Below, one piece after another: positions 1 to 22,731 of a stretch of DNA of 64,000 nt. The DNA comes from Vicugna vicugna. Its lineage: Eukaryota. Position 1 is the first letter of the stretch. Each line of letters begins with the position of its first letter. The position numbers and the translations under genes are program-made. Under the pieces are notes generated by a model. The model saw nothing but the letters and a program-made list of their open reading frames with translations, made no database searches and was not told where the DNA came from. The stretch is from contig MU061814.1 of NCBI GenBank assembly GCA_013265495.1, forward strand, positions 5,769,684-5,833,683, in the 5' to 3' direction.

Positions 1-1060
1 GTGCCCCCTGCACGGCCCCACCCTGCGAATCGTGTGTGGGCGGGCTGGCCGTGATGGGCATCCTCTGCCTTCGCCCGTTTCTCCGTCCAGCAGCTCCAGC
101 CCCTTTGATGGCTGCTGCCACTCTCTTGCTGGACATGCGTCCTCCACCCCCTGCTCGCTGGGTTGCTTTCCTATTCATTTGTGGGGAGCTGTACATTTCG
201 TGGAAATATCTGTGCCCTGAGTCGCGGCTGCATTTACCCTGTTGCCCTCTGACCTGGTTTACCACGTGTGTCTCCATGCGGACTTTAAAACCGCCTTCTT
301 TGCTCAATGCGTGGTCTATTTCTAAGGCTTTTGGCTTTTGCACCATTATAAAAGGTCTCTCTTAGTCTGAGGGTGTGCACCTCCTTGTGGTTTCTCCTCT
401 TGTTTCTAGAACCTTCAAACACAGCAATGTGGGTTCAGCTAAATTTATTGTGTTTAAGGTGCCGAGGACGACCCCACCCTCCAGCCTCCCCAGACCACTG
501 CCCCGTCATCTGTCCCACTTACTCACAGCGCCCCTGCCCCCCCATTTCCAACGCAGTCTTCCACGCGGCGCGCTTTCCGCAGACCGCCGCGTCCGCACAG
601 ACGGGCCAGGTTCTGCCCGCCGGCTGTTGTCAGCGTGGGAGGCGGTTCCTGGCGTCCGGCTCCGCCATCTTCTGCCCTAAATCCTCGTTCTCTCTGTGTA
701 TTGTTTCTGTGCCCCAGCTTCTTGTTCAATTATCTTACTTGCAATAGTTTTTTATTTTCAGATGGTTTTCTGGGAATTTCCTGGTTCAAATTTACATCAC
801 CTGCAAAACATCACTTCACTGTCTCCTTTCCGATTTTTACTACTCCCGTTCATTTTTCTGGTGTTGCTGACACTCCAGAGTCTTGTCAAAGAACCACGGT
901 CACAGTGGATGTGCTCACCTTGACTTCATGGAAATGCTCTAGGGCTTGCCGGTGGAGCGTGGTACCGGGAGGCAGACACATTATCCATGGTCAAGTCCCG
1001 GTCTTACCTGATTAGGAGATTCACAAATGCAAGAACGGATATTAGATCAGACTTCTTGCC
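1..1060 (-). mobile_element. Decayed L1 ORF2 fragments in a COL20A1 intron
   Basis: T-rich blocks resemble antisense L1 consensus as recalled (e.g. gtgatgggcatcctctgcc, gaatttcctggttc...ctgacactccag); no intact ORF; boundaries approximate. Confidence 0.55.
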
Positions 1061-1362
1061 TCCTCAACTGCTGGGACGTGACCAAATCACTTCTCTCCTG
1101 GAGCTGTTAGTCTGGTGACTGAGCTCAGGGCCTCCCGGGTGCTGAGCCACTCCTGCTCCAGCAGAAGCCAGCGCGGCCCTCGAGCGCCTCCCGCCGCCGA
1201 GCGGGCTGCAGGCTTCCCGCGCTCACGCCTTGCGTAGGGCTTCCGCACGGACAGTCACCGCCGGGAAAGCCTGTGGTTGTCCTCGTAGGATCAGGTTCAC
1301 CTATACGCTTAATTCACAGCAATTATTTGAAACCCGCAAATCAAGCAGTGTGTTTTTTGGGC

Positions 1363-1481
1363 GGTGGTTATTAGGTTTATTTATTTATTTTTAATTTATT
1401 TTTTAATGGAGGCACTGGGATCGAACCCAGGACCTCGTGTATGTTAAGCACACGCTCCACCACTGGGCTATACCCTCCCCC
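1363..1481 (-). mobile_element. tRNA-derived SINE (camelid vic-1-like)
   Basis: Minus strand reads gggggagggtaTAGCCCAGTGGtggagcg...GGTTCGATCCCagtgcctccattaaaaaataaattaaaaataaataaataaacctaat: Pol III A box, B box and A-rich tail. Confidence 0.85.
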
Positions 1482-1724
1482 TCGAGCAATTTAAATGGCA
1501 TTCGTGTTATCTGTCCCTTAGAAGTTCGGCAGAATGTTCCGGTGTCTATAAATACAGAGCGGGGTCGTAGCAGGACCCCTCCTGGGGTGGCCAGCGAGGG
1601 TGAAGGCCCCTGGGTGGCCTCGGGCCTCAGGCTGGTAGGGCTTCGACTGGCAGGATCGAAAGAGGGGCTGCAGGAGGGGCCACGTGCCTTCTCAGCCCCA
1701 GCCCCACCCCCACCCCACCTCCAG

Positions 1725-1820
1725 GGAGATCCCGGGCCACCTGGACAGATGGGACCTGAGGGTCCTGGAGGTCAGCAGGGGTCACCAGGCACCCAGGGCC
1801 GAACCATCCAGGGACCCATG
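1725..1820 (+). CDS. COL20A1: COL20A1 exon, 96 nt (GDPGPPGQMGPEGPGGQQGSPGTQGRTIQGPM)
   Basis: ctccag|GGA...ATG|gtaggt; Gly-X-Y. Confidence 0.95.
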
Positions 1821-4332
1821 GTAGGTGTGGCCTACCCCCAGCCCCCTCCCCACTCTTCTCCCGTCCTCTTGCTGCCCAGTCCATCTTCCCCTCCAGGGTC
1901 CACCAGGGGTCAAAGGAGAAAAGGGGGACCATGGACTCCCCGGCTTGCAGGTAGTGGGTCAGACCAGGCTCGGGGCATGTGGGCCGTGTGCTCGGGACCC
2001 AGGTCTGGGGACAGGGCCTCCTCCTCTGCTGACCTTGGCCCCAGCCTGGCTGGCCACCTCTGTTCTATTCCAGGGCCACCCCGGCCTCCAGGGCACCCCC
2101 GGGAAGGTTGGCATCCAGGGACCAAAGGTGGGAGACGGTCTCGGGACAGAGGCTGTGGGGATCTTCCTCCTCTGCCCCTCACCCGACTCACTCCCCGTCC
2201 TGCCCCCGCAGTGGCCTGGCCAGGGGAAGGGAGCGCCACCCAGGTGGACTGGGGCCAGGTGTGGCCCCGCCCGAGGGAGGGGCTGGCCCTGAGATGGGCC
2301 GGCCTCTTCTGTTCTCAGATCTAGGCACAAGTGTGTACCCCTCCCAGGTGTGGGTCGGGGGGGTCACCGTGGGAGGGGTGCACAGGCTACGTGCCCCCAC
2401 CCAGCCTGTCCCTTCCTTTGCCCTCAGGGAATGAGAGGCCTGGAGGGGACATCTGGCCTGCCTGGACCCCCTGGCCCTAGGGTAGGCACTGCCTCCTCTG
2501 TGAACCCGCCCACCCCACCCACATCCCCCAGGGTTCTTTGGGGCTGAAGGGAGCGCAGCGACCCAGGGCGGCCTCTCTATCTCGCGGGCTGGGGTCTTCT
2601 TGGGCTCTGCTGGGCGTGGGAGTGTCCTGTGCCCGGCAGCACAGCAGCCGCTGCCCCGCACTGGGGCGGGCTGGTGCAGCCCCTGGTCATGCCTGCACCC
2701 CACTTCCCCGCGGCAGGAAGGTGCCTGGGCTCCCAGTTGGGCCTGGGCAGGGTGGGCAGGGCAGACAAGTGAGTCTGGCTGCCGGACGTGGCCTGGGCCC
2801 CATTCTCCCTCCAGACACCCACCGGCAGCCTAGGGCCCCCCTGCTGGAGGGCTGTGGGCACTGCCCCCGTTCAGAAGCACCTTGCCTCCAAGGCCTGCGT
2901 CCCTGATATGCTGAGCTCAGTCCCCGGGAGCTGCTCTGAGCGGGGGCCCAGGACCAGCAGCCCAGACCCAGAAGAGACCTCTGGGCATTGGCCTCTGGGT
3001 ACTGGGGGGCTGGGCTGCCCCTCCTGCCAGAGGCCACCTGGGGCCTGAGCTTCAGTCACACCTGGACAGCTCGTGTAGAGCCGGCAGTCAGGACATTTCA
3101 GTGCAGAATCAGCGCCAGTGGGTGGGCGGGNNNNNNNNNNNNNNNNNNNNNNNNNNNNNNNNNNNNNNNNNNNNGGGGGGAGCCCTGGGCACAGGGTGGG
3201 GAGCACAGGGCCTGCTGGGTGGGCATGGGGCACAGTCTGGGGAGGCTGGGGACAAGCTAAGGGGTCTGCTCTGGGTCCAGGGCTGGGGGTACGTAGAGGG
3301 AGGGGGCGAGACTCGTGGGGGCTGCAGCCAAGCCCTACACCCATCTCTGCAGGGTCTCCCAGGCACGGCGGGGGCCAGGGGCAGCGGTGGGGAGCGAGGC
3401 CCCCCTGGGGCCGTGGGGCCCACGGTAAGTCCCCTCTCTACCCAGCCAGCCAGCCAGCTGGAAGTGGGGGACAAACGTGTGCGGACTTGTCCCCACTGAC
3501 CCCTTGGGGACCTCCCATGGCCAGCAGCTTTGAAACCAGGACGGGCAGAAAGCTCAGGGCAGAGAGAGCCCAGGGCTGCCCCCTGCCAGGCCCAGGACAG
3601 GCAAGGTCTGGCAGGAGTGGAGCTTGGGCCTGGGGGGCTTGGGGGCAGGCCTGGGCCTGCAGGCTGCGGGGAGGGGGCCTGCAGCAGGTGGAGGAAGGTG
3701 GGGCCCGGGGGGCAGGGAAGCCGGAACAGGCCTGGCTGCCTCCTTCTGGAAGCAGGAGAGGTGGGTCCTCTGCCCACTGAGGAGTCCCTGGATTAGTTCT
3801 GGCACGAGGCCTTCACCCGGCCCAGACAGAGCTGGGCATGAGGTCTGGTGGGGGGCGGCAGTGGGGTCCAGGCATTTCTCCTTTTCTCCCACTCAGGGGC
3901 TGCCGGGGCCCAAGGGCGAGCGAGGAGAGAAGGTGAGTGTGGGGTGTCTGGGGCCCAGGCCCAGGGAGGCACTGACCCCCATGGTGGCTGAGACCTCGCC
4001 ATGTGGTCCGTCTTCCCTTGCAGGGCGAGCCACAGTCCCTGGCCACCATCTACCAGCTCGTGGGCCAGGCCTGCGAGTCTGCCATCCAGAGTGAGTGCCC
4101 CAGCCTCCTCATGGGGACCCCAGAGCCTCCCATGCCCCCCACCCCTGCCAGCTCCGTCCTCCCTGGCACCTGGTCATGCGCATACCCAGCCTCACGAGGC
4201 CATTCTGGGCCATGTGCCAGAGAGGGAGGGAGGGTCTCCCCACCTCCTGCTGACCGCCTTCCCCCACCAGCACACGTGCTGAAGCTCCACTCCCACATCC
4301 ACAAGGGCGCCAGGCCCCCCGTGCTCGCATAG
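1725..4332 (+). CDS. COL20A1: Collagen XX alpha 1, 3' portion (multi-exon span, 5' part outside window)
   Basis: Eight in-phase GT-AG exons: six Gly-X-Y exons then GEPQSLATIYQLVGQACESAIQ, matching COL20A1; syntenic with CHRNA4 and KCNQ2. Confidence 0.93.
1897..1950 (+). CDS. COL20A1: COL20A1 exon, 54 nt (GPPGVKGEKGDHGLPGLQ)
   Basis: ctccag|...CAG|gtagtg; canonical 54-nt collagen exon. Confidence 0.95.
2074..2127 (+). CDS. COL20A1: COL20A1 exon, 54 nt (GHPGLQGTPGKVGIQGPK)
   Basis: ttccag|...AAG|gtggga. Confidence 0.95.
2428..2481 (+). CDS. COL20A1: COL20A1 exon, 54 nt (GMRGLEGTSGLPGPPGPR)
   Basis: cctcag|...AGG|gtaggc. Confidence 0.95.
3131..3174. other. Assembly gap (44 N) within a G-rich tract
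   Basis: N run flanked by G runs. Confidence 0.99.
3353..3424 (+). CDS. COL20A1: COL20A1 exon, 72 nt (GLPGTAGARGSGGERGPPGAVGPT)
   Basis: ctgcag|...ACG|gtaagt. Confidence 0.95.
3897..3932 (+). CDS. COL20A1: COL20A1 exon, 36 nt (GLPGPKGERGEK)
   Basis: actcag|...AAG|gtgagt. Confidence 0.95.
4024..4090 (+). CDS. COL20A1: COL20A1 exon, 67 nt (GEPQSLATIYQLVGQACESAIQ), start of NC1
   Basis: ttgcag|...CAGA|gtgagt; FACIT NC1-type Cys motif. Confidence 0.92.
4271..4332 (+). CDS. COL20A1: COL20A1 last translated segment (THVLKLHSHIHKGARPPVLA*); exon probably continues to a donor at 4358/4359
   Basis: caccag| acceptor in phase with the previous exon; TAG at 4330-4332; AGAG|gtgctg donor at 4359. Confidence 0.75.
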
Positions 4333-5220
4333 TGAGGCCCAGCTCCCTGAGGACAGAGGTGCTGGCCCCCTGGGGAGGGGTCTGCGGGGACTGCTGCCCT
4401 TCTCCCAGTCCAGGGGTTGGCTGCTCCGTGTGGCCCAAGGCAGCCCCTGCACCAGGCCTCCTGCCCTCCCAGGCTCCAGGTGGGGAGACAGGCCCATGAG
4501 CCCACACGGAGCCGGAGCTGCCTGGCTTCCTGGGGTCCTCAAAGTGGCCCCTTCTCCTGGGAAGCCTGGGCTAGGGACACTACCCCGCCCAGTCCGCCCC
4601 TGCCTTCCCTGCTCCGCCCCCCTCCTTGGCTGGGATGACCAGTGACCTTGTCCTGAGTCCATCCGTCTGAGTAGGGCTGCGGTGCTGCTCACAGCTCGGA
4701 AGCTGAGGTGGATGGAGAGGCCGATTAGGGGAGACGGGCCTCGTGGCCTCGATGGGGGAGAAAGGAGATGGGTTGGAGTGGGACTGTGGCCGGCCGGCCA
4801 GGAGGACAGCTCCGCATGGAGGGCCGGGATGGGGTGAGGATAGGGGTGGGGGGCAGCAGGGGAGATTCGAGGGCCCCCTCTTGCCCTGCCGGGGGCTGTG
4901 CCTCTGTGGGGAGAGGGTCCCCGTCCATCAGCGCCCGCCAGCGTCCCGCAGATACTGCCTTTGCCAGAACCGCCCCCTCGCTGTGCCCAGGTGCTTTCGT
5001 GGCGCCCACATAGCCCCCTCTCCTGCCCCCCACCTCCAAGACAATGACTGATGCCTGTTTGAGGCCAGAGACCCCTGTCCCCTAGCTTTCAGCCCCGACC
5101 AGAAGGCTGGCCCTAGGAGGTTCAGGACCCATCTTCCCCTGGGATCAGAACAGGGCCCCTGAGAGAGGAAACCTTGGCCACCTGCACCGTGGGTCCTAGC
5201 ACATCCCTCCTTCCCCTTGG

Positions 5221-5284
5221 CTGAGCCTGGAGCCGTCGGTCAGATGGGCTGGGAGTGAGCCTCAGGGACCCCCGGCAGGAATGG
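5221..5284 (+). pseudogene. COL20A1: Remnant of the COL20A1 terminal coding exon (AEPGAVGQMGWE*), acceptor reads tgg instead of AG
   Basis: Translation matches the recalled human terminus EPGAVGQMG...WE*; polypyrimidine tract ends ccttgg|; donor ATGG|gtgagc at 5285. Confidence 0.65.
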
Positions 5285-5698
5285 GTGAGCCCCGCCTGCA
5301 GGAGGAGTGAGGGGGGTTGCTCAGTAAGGACAGACGGTGCCGGTTCGGACAAAGCAGCGGGGGTTGGGGCAGCAGCGGGGCGTGTGAGGCTCATGGCCTC
5401 AGGGGAGCCCGGCAGGACTCCAGTTGGGTCCAAGAGGCTGAGCTGGCCCAGTGGGAACCCAGGGAGGCCCTGATCGGGGGTCAGCACAGTAGGGAGGGTG
5501 CAGCAGGTGTGCACCACAGCAGACACCTGGCCCAGGCTGGTGTGCGGACCTGGGCGGGGGGCATGAGGGGGCGGTGCCCTGAGGGGACATTTCATGTGGA
5601 CACGCCTGGGTCTGGTCCACCATGCTGGGCAGGTGCGTCCTGACAATGTCAGCTGTCCACTGCCTCCCCCAGACCTGTCCACCCTTTTCTCCTGACAG

Positions 5699-6350
5699 GA
5701 TGGACCCTGTGCTGTCCGAAGTGAGCCCGCACTTCCCCCTGGATCAGGGACACCAAGAGCGGCTGGAGAAACCTGGAGGGGAGGGAGAGGAGACCTTCGC
5801 TCTGTTCAGTTTCCTGTTCAGATAAACCAGAATGCTTGTCACGGGCAGCGGCTGCGCATTCCTGGGCCCCACATCCATTCGTCCCTGTCCCAGGCTCCCC
5901 GCCCTCGTCGCTCAGGAGCCGCTCTGTCCTGCACGGCCTCCCTGCTACCTTAGGGCTCACCCCCTTCCTGTGAGGCCCCGGGTCGTGCTGCCTGGTCCCT
6001 CCGGAGCTCCGACCCTGCTCAGGGGTCCTTGGCCTCTTTGCGTCACCTGGGTAGGAGTGGGCTTTGAGGACGTGCCCGACCCACCCTCAGAGGCTGACGT
6101 GACCATCGTGGGCGGCCCCTCCCCTAGCGTCGTGGCATCCGGCTCTCCCCCCAGTGCTCAGGCTCACGGCGACCCCCGACCACCCGGCCCCGCCCTGCAC
6201 CCGCCCACCAGCCCGGTGCCACAGTTGGTGCAGTGACCACTGCCTTGGCCAGCCGGTCCCCCTGGGAGTCTCGCCAGCTCTGGGCCCTGGGGCGGCACCT
6301 GCTGTGGCCAATTCAACGTCGAGTCGTTTTCTAAACACTAGAATTTGGTG
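5699..6350 (+). other. COL20A1: Probable COL20A1 last non-coding exon / 3'UTR (3' end uncertain)
   Basis: cccttttctcctgacag| acceptor; no canonical AATAAA seen downstream. Confidence 0.4.
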
Positions 6351-7399
6351 CGGGGGCGCCTTCAAACACAGTGGCCAATGAAGGCCCTGAGGTGACTGTG
6401 GTGCAGAGAAGGAACAGAGTGGGGGACCATGGGACGTTCTGGGCAGGGCCGGGCTGGGAGGACGGAGGAAGCCGAGCGCAGGCTGGGGACGGGGCAGCCC
6501 GCTGGAGCTTGGGGTGGGCCTGTGATGGGGGTCTGGGTTTTGTCCTCAGAGCGACTGGAAGCCCCTGCCCGGGTTCCGAGCAGGGGCTGCTGTGTCCTGG
6601 CATCTGTTGAAACAGCCTGTAGAACAGACCACAGGGTGCCGGGGAGTGGGACCTCGTCTAGCGTCCTCTGAGAGGGAGGGAGCCGGACTGGGGAGACGAC
6701 AGCTTGGAAGGGGCGGGCAGGGCCAAGCCCTGGCAAGGTGAGGGGACAGCAGGTCCAGGTGCCCTCGATCAGCCAGGCAGTGCAGGGGAGGGGCCAGGTG
6801 AGCTGGCGAGTGTGGGGTTCACACGGCAGACACGTGGGGGCCACCCTCTCAGGGGTGAGTGGATGCTGCGGTGCTGGTGCCCCTAGGAGGGAAACAGGCT
6901 GGGGCCATCCCAGGACTGAGCCCCGTGCGTCTCCAAGGCCAAGCGGGGCCGCTGAGGGTGGCAGCAGGAGGGCATGGACCCTGCTGAGAGCCCCTGTCCG
7001 GATGGCCAGCGAGGGGCCGATGAGACGGCGCAGGAGCTGGGGAGTGTCTGGTACAGGCGGCAGGTGACACCTGTCCCGAGAGCCGCCGTTGTGGGAAGGG
7101 AGACAGGCAGGAGCGGGCACTGGCTCCCAACGCCCTGCCCAGCAGCCCGGCCTGGGGGCTCAGGGTGCTGGAGAGAGACCCCCTGGGCCCTGGCCCTTTA
7201 CAGTCTGACCTGCGCCCTCAGCTGCCTGCACAGCTGTCTACAGGAAGCCCTTACAGGACAGTAAACGTCCCTCCCGAATCTCTCCTCACATGCACACACA
7301 CGCGTGCATCTCCCTGTGCGTGCACACACGGCCCCACACATCCACACGCACAGCACATCCTGGCGTTGGGAGATGAGTCAACAGGGGAAAATGAGACAG

Positions 7400-8800
7400 A
7401 CGCCCGGCCCAACAGGACGCCGGAGAGAGAGGAGGGTGCAGGCTCCTTTGGTCCGTTAACTTAAAAATCACAATATCCTCACGGAGGAAGGATGGAGGGT
7501 GAGAACACGAAGCCGAAATGGACAGGTGGGAGGAGACACGGCAGGAAAATGGGAGCGGGTCAAGGAGGCAGGCTCAGTGCTCACGGGCTCAGCCTCGGCC
7601 GGGCTGTCGGATAAGGTGGGAGAAGCCCCCGGAGGCTCGGGGAAGGCTAAACATAGAAACGGAAGCCTTGCCTCCGAACAAGGGGCTCAGAGCAGACAGA
7701 AACAGTCGACGAAGGGGTCAGCACGTTGAAATGAGAGCTTTTCCAAGATCAGAGACTTAGAGAAATATTTAAGATCCCCGACTGAAGGGCTCAGAGAGCC
7801 AGGTGGGACCGGCTTTTAGAACGAACCCTTAGAGTCACTGACGCGAAACGAGCGAAGTCAATGGGGAGATTCTTTAAAACCTTGTCCACAGAAGAGCAAG
7901 ACCCTCGACGTCGGAGGACGGGAGGACATGACCCCAGCGTTGGGGGAAAGAGCTCAAATTTTACACCCGGCAGAACTGCTTCTGAAACGGACGCGGTGGG
8001 AATGGGATCTGAGGCCCCGGAAGTCTGAGAAGGCCAGTCACGCAGCACCCAGGATCCTCTTAGAAAGGAGGGGGGGTTTTCTGCAGAAAGGGGGAATGAT
8101 GTGCAGTTCTCTGCAGGGCCGGGGCGGGGGCGGAGGCAGTGAGGGGGGGCCCAGGCCAGAGCCTCTCCTGGGGTTCCTGAGGAGAGGCAGTGCTGAGCTG
8201 GGGGCAGCACGGGACTGGCTAGTGGGGGTCATTCCAGGAGGCCTTGGGGTGCAGGGGCTGCTCCTCGCTGCGTGGCACCTGGCCCTGGGTGATCAGGACA
8301 GGAAATGCGGGCTTGGCATGAGAGTAAGGGAGTCTGGAAGGCCTCCCGGAGGTCGAGGCACCACAAGGAGCAGAAATGAAACATGGTCAACGCAGAGAAA
8401 CGAGAAGGCCCACGGAGACCTGCGTGCGGCGGCTCGGGTCAGAGTGACCGGACAGAGGCCAGCACAGGCGACAGACAGACAGACAGACGTGGTTTAGATT
8501 ATCCAGGACAGAACGCGGCATGGCAGCCAAGGGTGACAGACAGCGTCTACGGATGGAGACAAGGTCGCGGTGGGTCTGCACCACACCGCGCCCAGGACCG
8601 GCAGGGCCACAGGGCTTCCATTCACACCAGGGTCAGGGCCGGGCGGTGCCCACCTCTGGGGGGACGTCGGAGCACGGGGTGGCAGGGCTGCCAGCTCTGG
8701 GGGGCGGGGACCCAGGCGTCAAACTTAGTGAAACTCACTGATCTGAGGGCCTAAGACCAGGTAGTCTGTCATCAGTGAATTTTATTTACCTCAATCAAAA
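7400..8800 (+). mobile_element. Highly decayed L1 fragments (ORF1-like part and L1M 3' end)
   Basis: aaattttacacccggcagaactgcttctgaaac resembles the L1 ORF1 C-terminal region; ...gaattttatttacctcaatcaaaa resembles an L1M 3' terminus. Confidence 0.45.
8781..8786 (-). terminator. Candidate distal CHRNA4 polyadenylation signal AATAAA
   Basis: tttatt on + strand, ~2.2 kb past the stop; lies inside an L1 remnant. Confidence 0.3.
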
Positions 8801-8972
8801 GACCCCTGGGAGCAAATATCCCAAAACAGTGCTCGTGGTTAATGTGGTGGGAATGTCAGTGCTCTGTGCGCTGGGGGGTTTTCTGACTTGTTTCTGTCTC
8901 TTAAAAAAAGAAAAATGAAAACAAGAAAGGGGAAGTTCTGGGCTCCCAGTCTCTCCAGATCCAGAAGAGAGT

Positions 8973-9337
8973 ATCTGAGCTGGGCCCCCCCACTGCCCCC
9001 CACAGCTGCCCCACGTCTGAGCTGGGCCCCCCCAGCCCCCTCACAGCTGCCCCACGTCTGGTGCTGGCCCCCCAGGCCNNNNNNNNNNNNNNNNNNNNNN
9101 NNNNNNNNNNNNNNNNNNNNNNNNNNNNNNNNNNNNNNNNNNNNNNNNNNNNNNNNNNNNNNNNNNNNNNNNNNNNNNNNNNNNNNNNNNNNNNNNNNNN
9201 NNNNNNNNNNNNNNNNNNNNNNNNNNNNNNNNNNNNNNNNNNNNNNNNNNNNNNCCCCCCAGGCACTCCCACAGCTGCCCCACATCTGAGCTGGGTCCCC
9301 CAGGCACCCCCACAGCTGCCCCACATCTGGTGCTGGA
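8973..9337. repeat. 41-bp minisatellite (cacagctgccccacRtctgagctgggcccccc...), interrupted by a 176-N gap at 9079-9254
   Basis: Unit starts at 9001, 9042, 9270 and 9311 (41-bp period). Confidence 0.9.
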
Positions 9338-10821
9338 CCTGCTTACGTAAGCAGGATTGAGGTGCTTACATCTGGAATCTGCGTCCCAGCTGAGTCCTCG
9401 GGGGCCCAGTGTCCGGCTACTGCCCAGTCACTGGGTTCTGGTGAACTCCCCTCCTGGGCTGTCCCCAGCATCCTGTGACTGGGGCCCCAGATGGCCTCCA
9501 GGAGGCAGGTGCTGATCACAGCTCAACAGATGGGGCCAGTCCAGCCGTCACAGGCGATGGGGTGAGGACAGCAGCCCCCTAGCCCGTCTCCTCCAACCAG
9601 CATTGCCGTCTGGCTGGACCTCTGCAGCACCGTTCAGTTAGGCACTTGGTCTGTGCTGGGCTGAGCGTCACTCAATTATTCATTCAATTCTCCCAGGCAC
9701 CTCGGGTCCCAGGCACCTTGGGACCCGGGCACTGTCTAGGCAGGAAGAACGAGGACCGCCAGGCTGGGCTCCAACCTGCCAGCCACACCTCTGACCGATG
9801 GGTCTGGAGAGGTGGGAGTTTGACCATCATAAGAGGAGTGATTCCTTGAGGGGCATGGAGTGGGGGCACTCTCTCCACCCAGATGTTGCTCCTGGGGGAG
9901 GGCCTGCACTTTCCTGCCCCACCGCTGCCTGGCACCTGGAGCCTGAAGGTTCCAAAGAATCGGGAGAGCAGGGGTGGGGCAGCACAGACCACCCCCACAC
10001 CACCTCAGGGCCAGTGTTCTCCCAGGATCACAGGGGACGCTGTGGGTGCCCCCCGGTGCTCAGCCTGTGCTGTCCCTGGGAGGACAAGTCTGAGGCCGGG
10101 AGGCCTGTGGAGGGTACCCCCACTCCCAGGGACCACACTCCAGGGGGCTCCCAAGTCAGCCCAGGCAAGTTGTCCTCGGGGATCCCCAGGCTCCCCGTGG
10201 CCACTGTGTCAGGGAAGTCCTTCCTACTTCTGTGCCCAGAGGGGTCCCCGGGCTGTGAGCAGAGGGGAACCCATGGGAGGTACCAAGGGAGACCCAGTTC
10301 TGGACATGCCTCTGGGTCCCCCACAAGCTACCAGGGCCCACAGAGGATCTGGGGGCATCAGCAGGCCCCTGCAAAGTGTTTGCCTAAGACCCCCAGAACC
10401 CCTATAAGGCAGGTGTCTGGGCTCCAGGGGCCAAGGGTCCCTCACCCACGGGAGACCTGCCACCCAAATCCCTCCAAGTGGGACCAGGGCTAACGACTCC
10501 ATTCCCCAAGGGCCCCTGGGCACAAAATCCGGGTTCTCACTAATTTACTCAGAACCAACCAAGATCAAACCTGTGCTTGGACCCCCCCCCCGGAAAATGA
10601 GATTCGCATATTTGCTGATTTGTCTCTGGAGTCGGAAAGAGCAGGACCCAGCAGGACCCGGGTGGGAGGCAGCTAGGCCTGGCTCAGTGCCTGGGGCCTG
10701 GGGGCCAAGGGGGGCCACGGTCATGGTCCAGGGACAGTCGGGGCTGCTGGGACGTTTGCCGAGGACAGTCAGACGCAGGTCCTGGGCAGAAGGCCGTCGT
10801 GTTGCCATGCTCCAGGTAAGC

Positions 10822-10827
10822 TTTAAT
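10822..10827 (-). terminator. Candidate proximal CHRNA4 polyadenylation signal ATTAAA
   Basis: tttaat on + strand, ~200 nt after the stop codon. Confidence 0.3.
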
Positions 10828-11023
10828 AAGACAAGCAGTGACACTGCCTCGCAGGCCCTTTCCCACCTGGGGCAGGTCCCCCGGAGGCAGCTCCTTCCAA
10901 GACCGTCCCACAGGGGACCACACCTCAGGGAGTCCCACAGAGAGGCAGGCACAGCCCCAGTGAGCTGTCCGCAGACGCTGCCCGTGTCCTGCAGATGCCT
11001 GGGCCACGCCCGGCCTCTGGCCC

Positions 11024-22639
<11,616 letters not shown>

Positions 22640-22677
22640 GGCGCACGGAGCCGGCTCTACATGCGGACGGCTCCCGG

Positions 22678-22731
22678 CTACCTCGCGCCCCTGCGTGGGG
22701 CTCCCCGAGCTCCGTGCGCGCCCAACTTCAT
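22678..22731 (-). other. uORF MKLGAHGARGAPRRGAR* in the CHRNA4 5' leader
   Basis: gacATGA with -3 purine; TAG at 22678-22680. Confidence 0.6.

Noticed and set aside
1437-1724. Long ORF 1437..2324 starting in the SINE and containing Gly-X-Y
   Set aside because: Only 1725-1820 is a real COL20A1 exon; the rest is SINE and intron read-through
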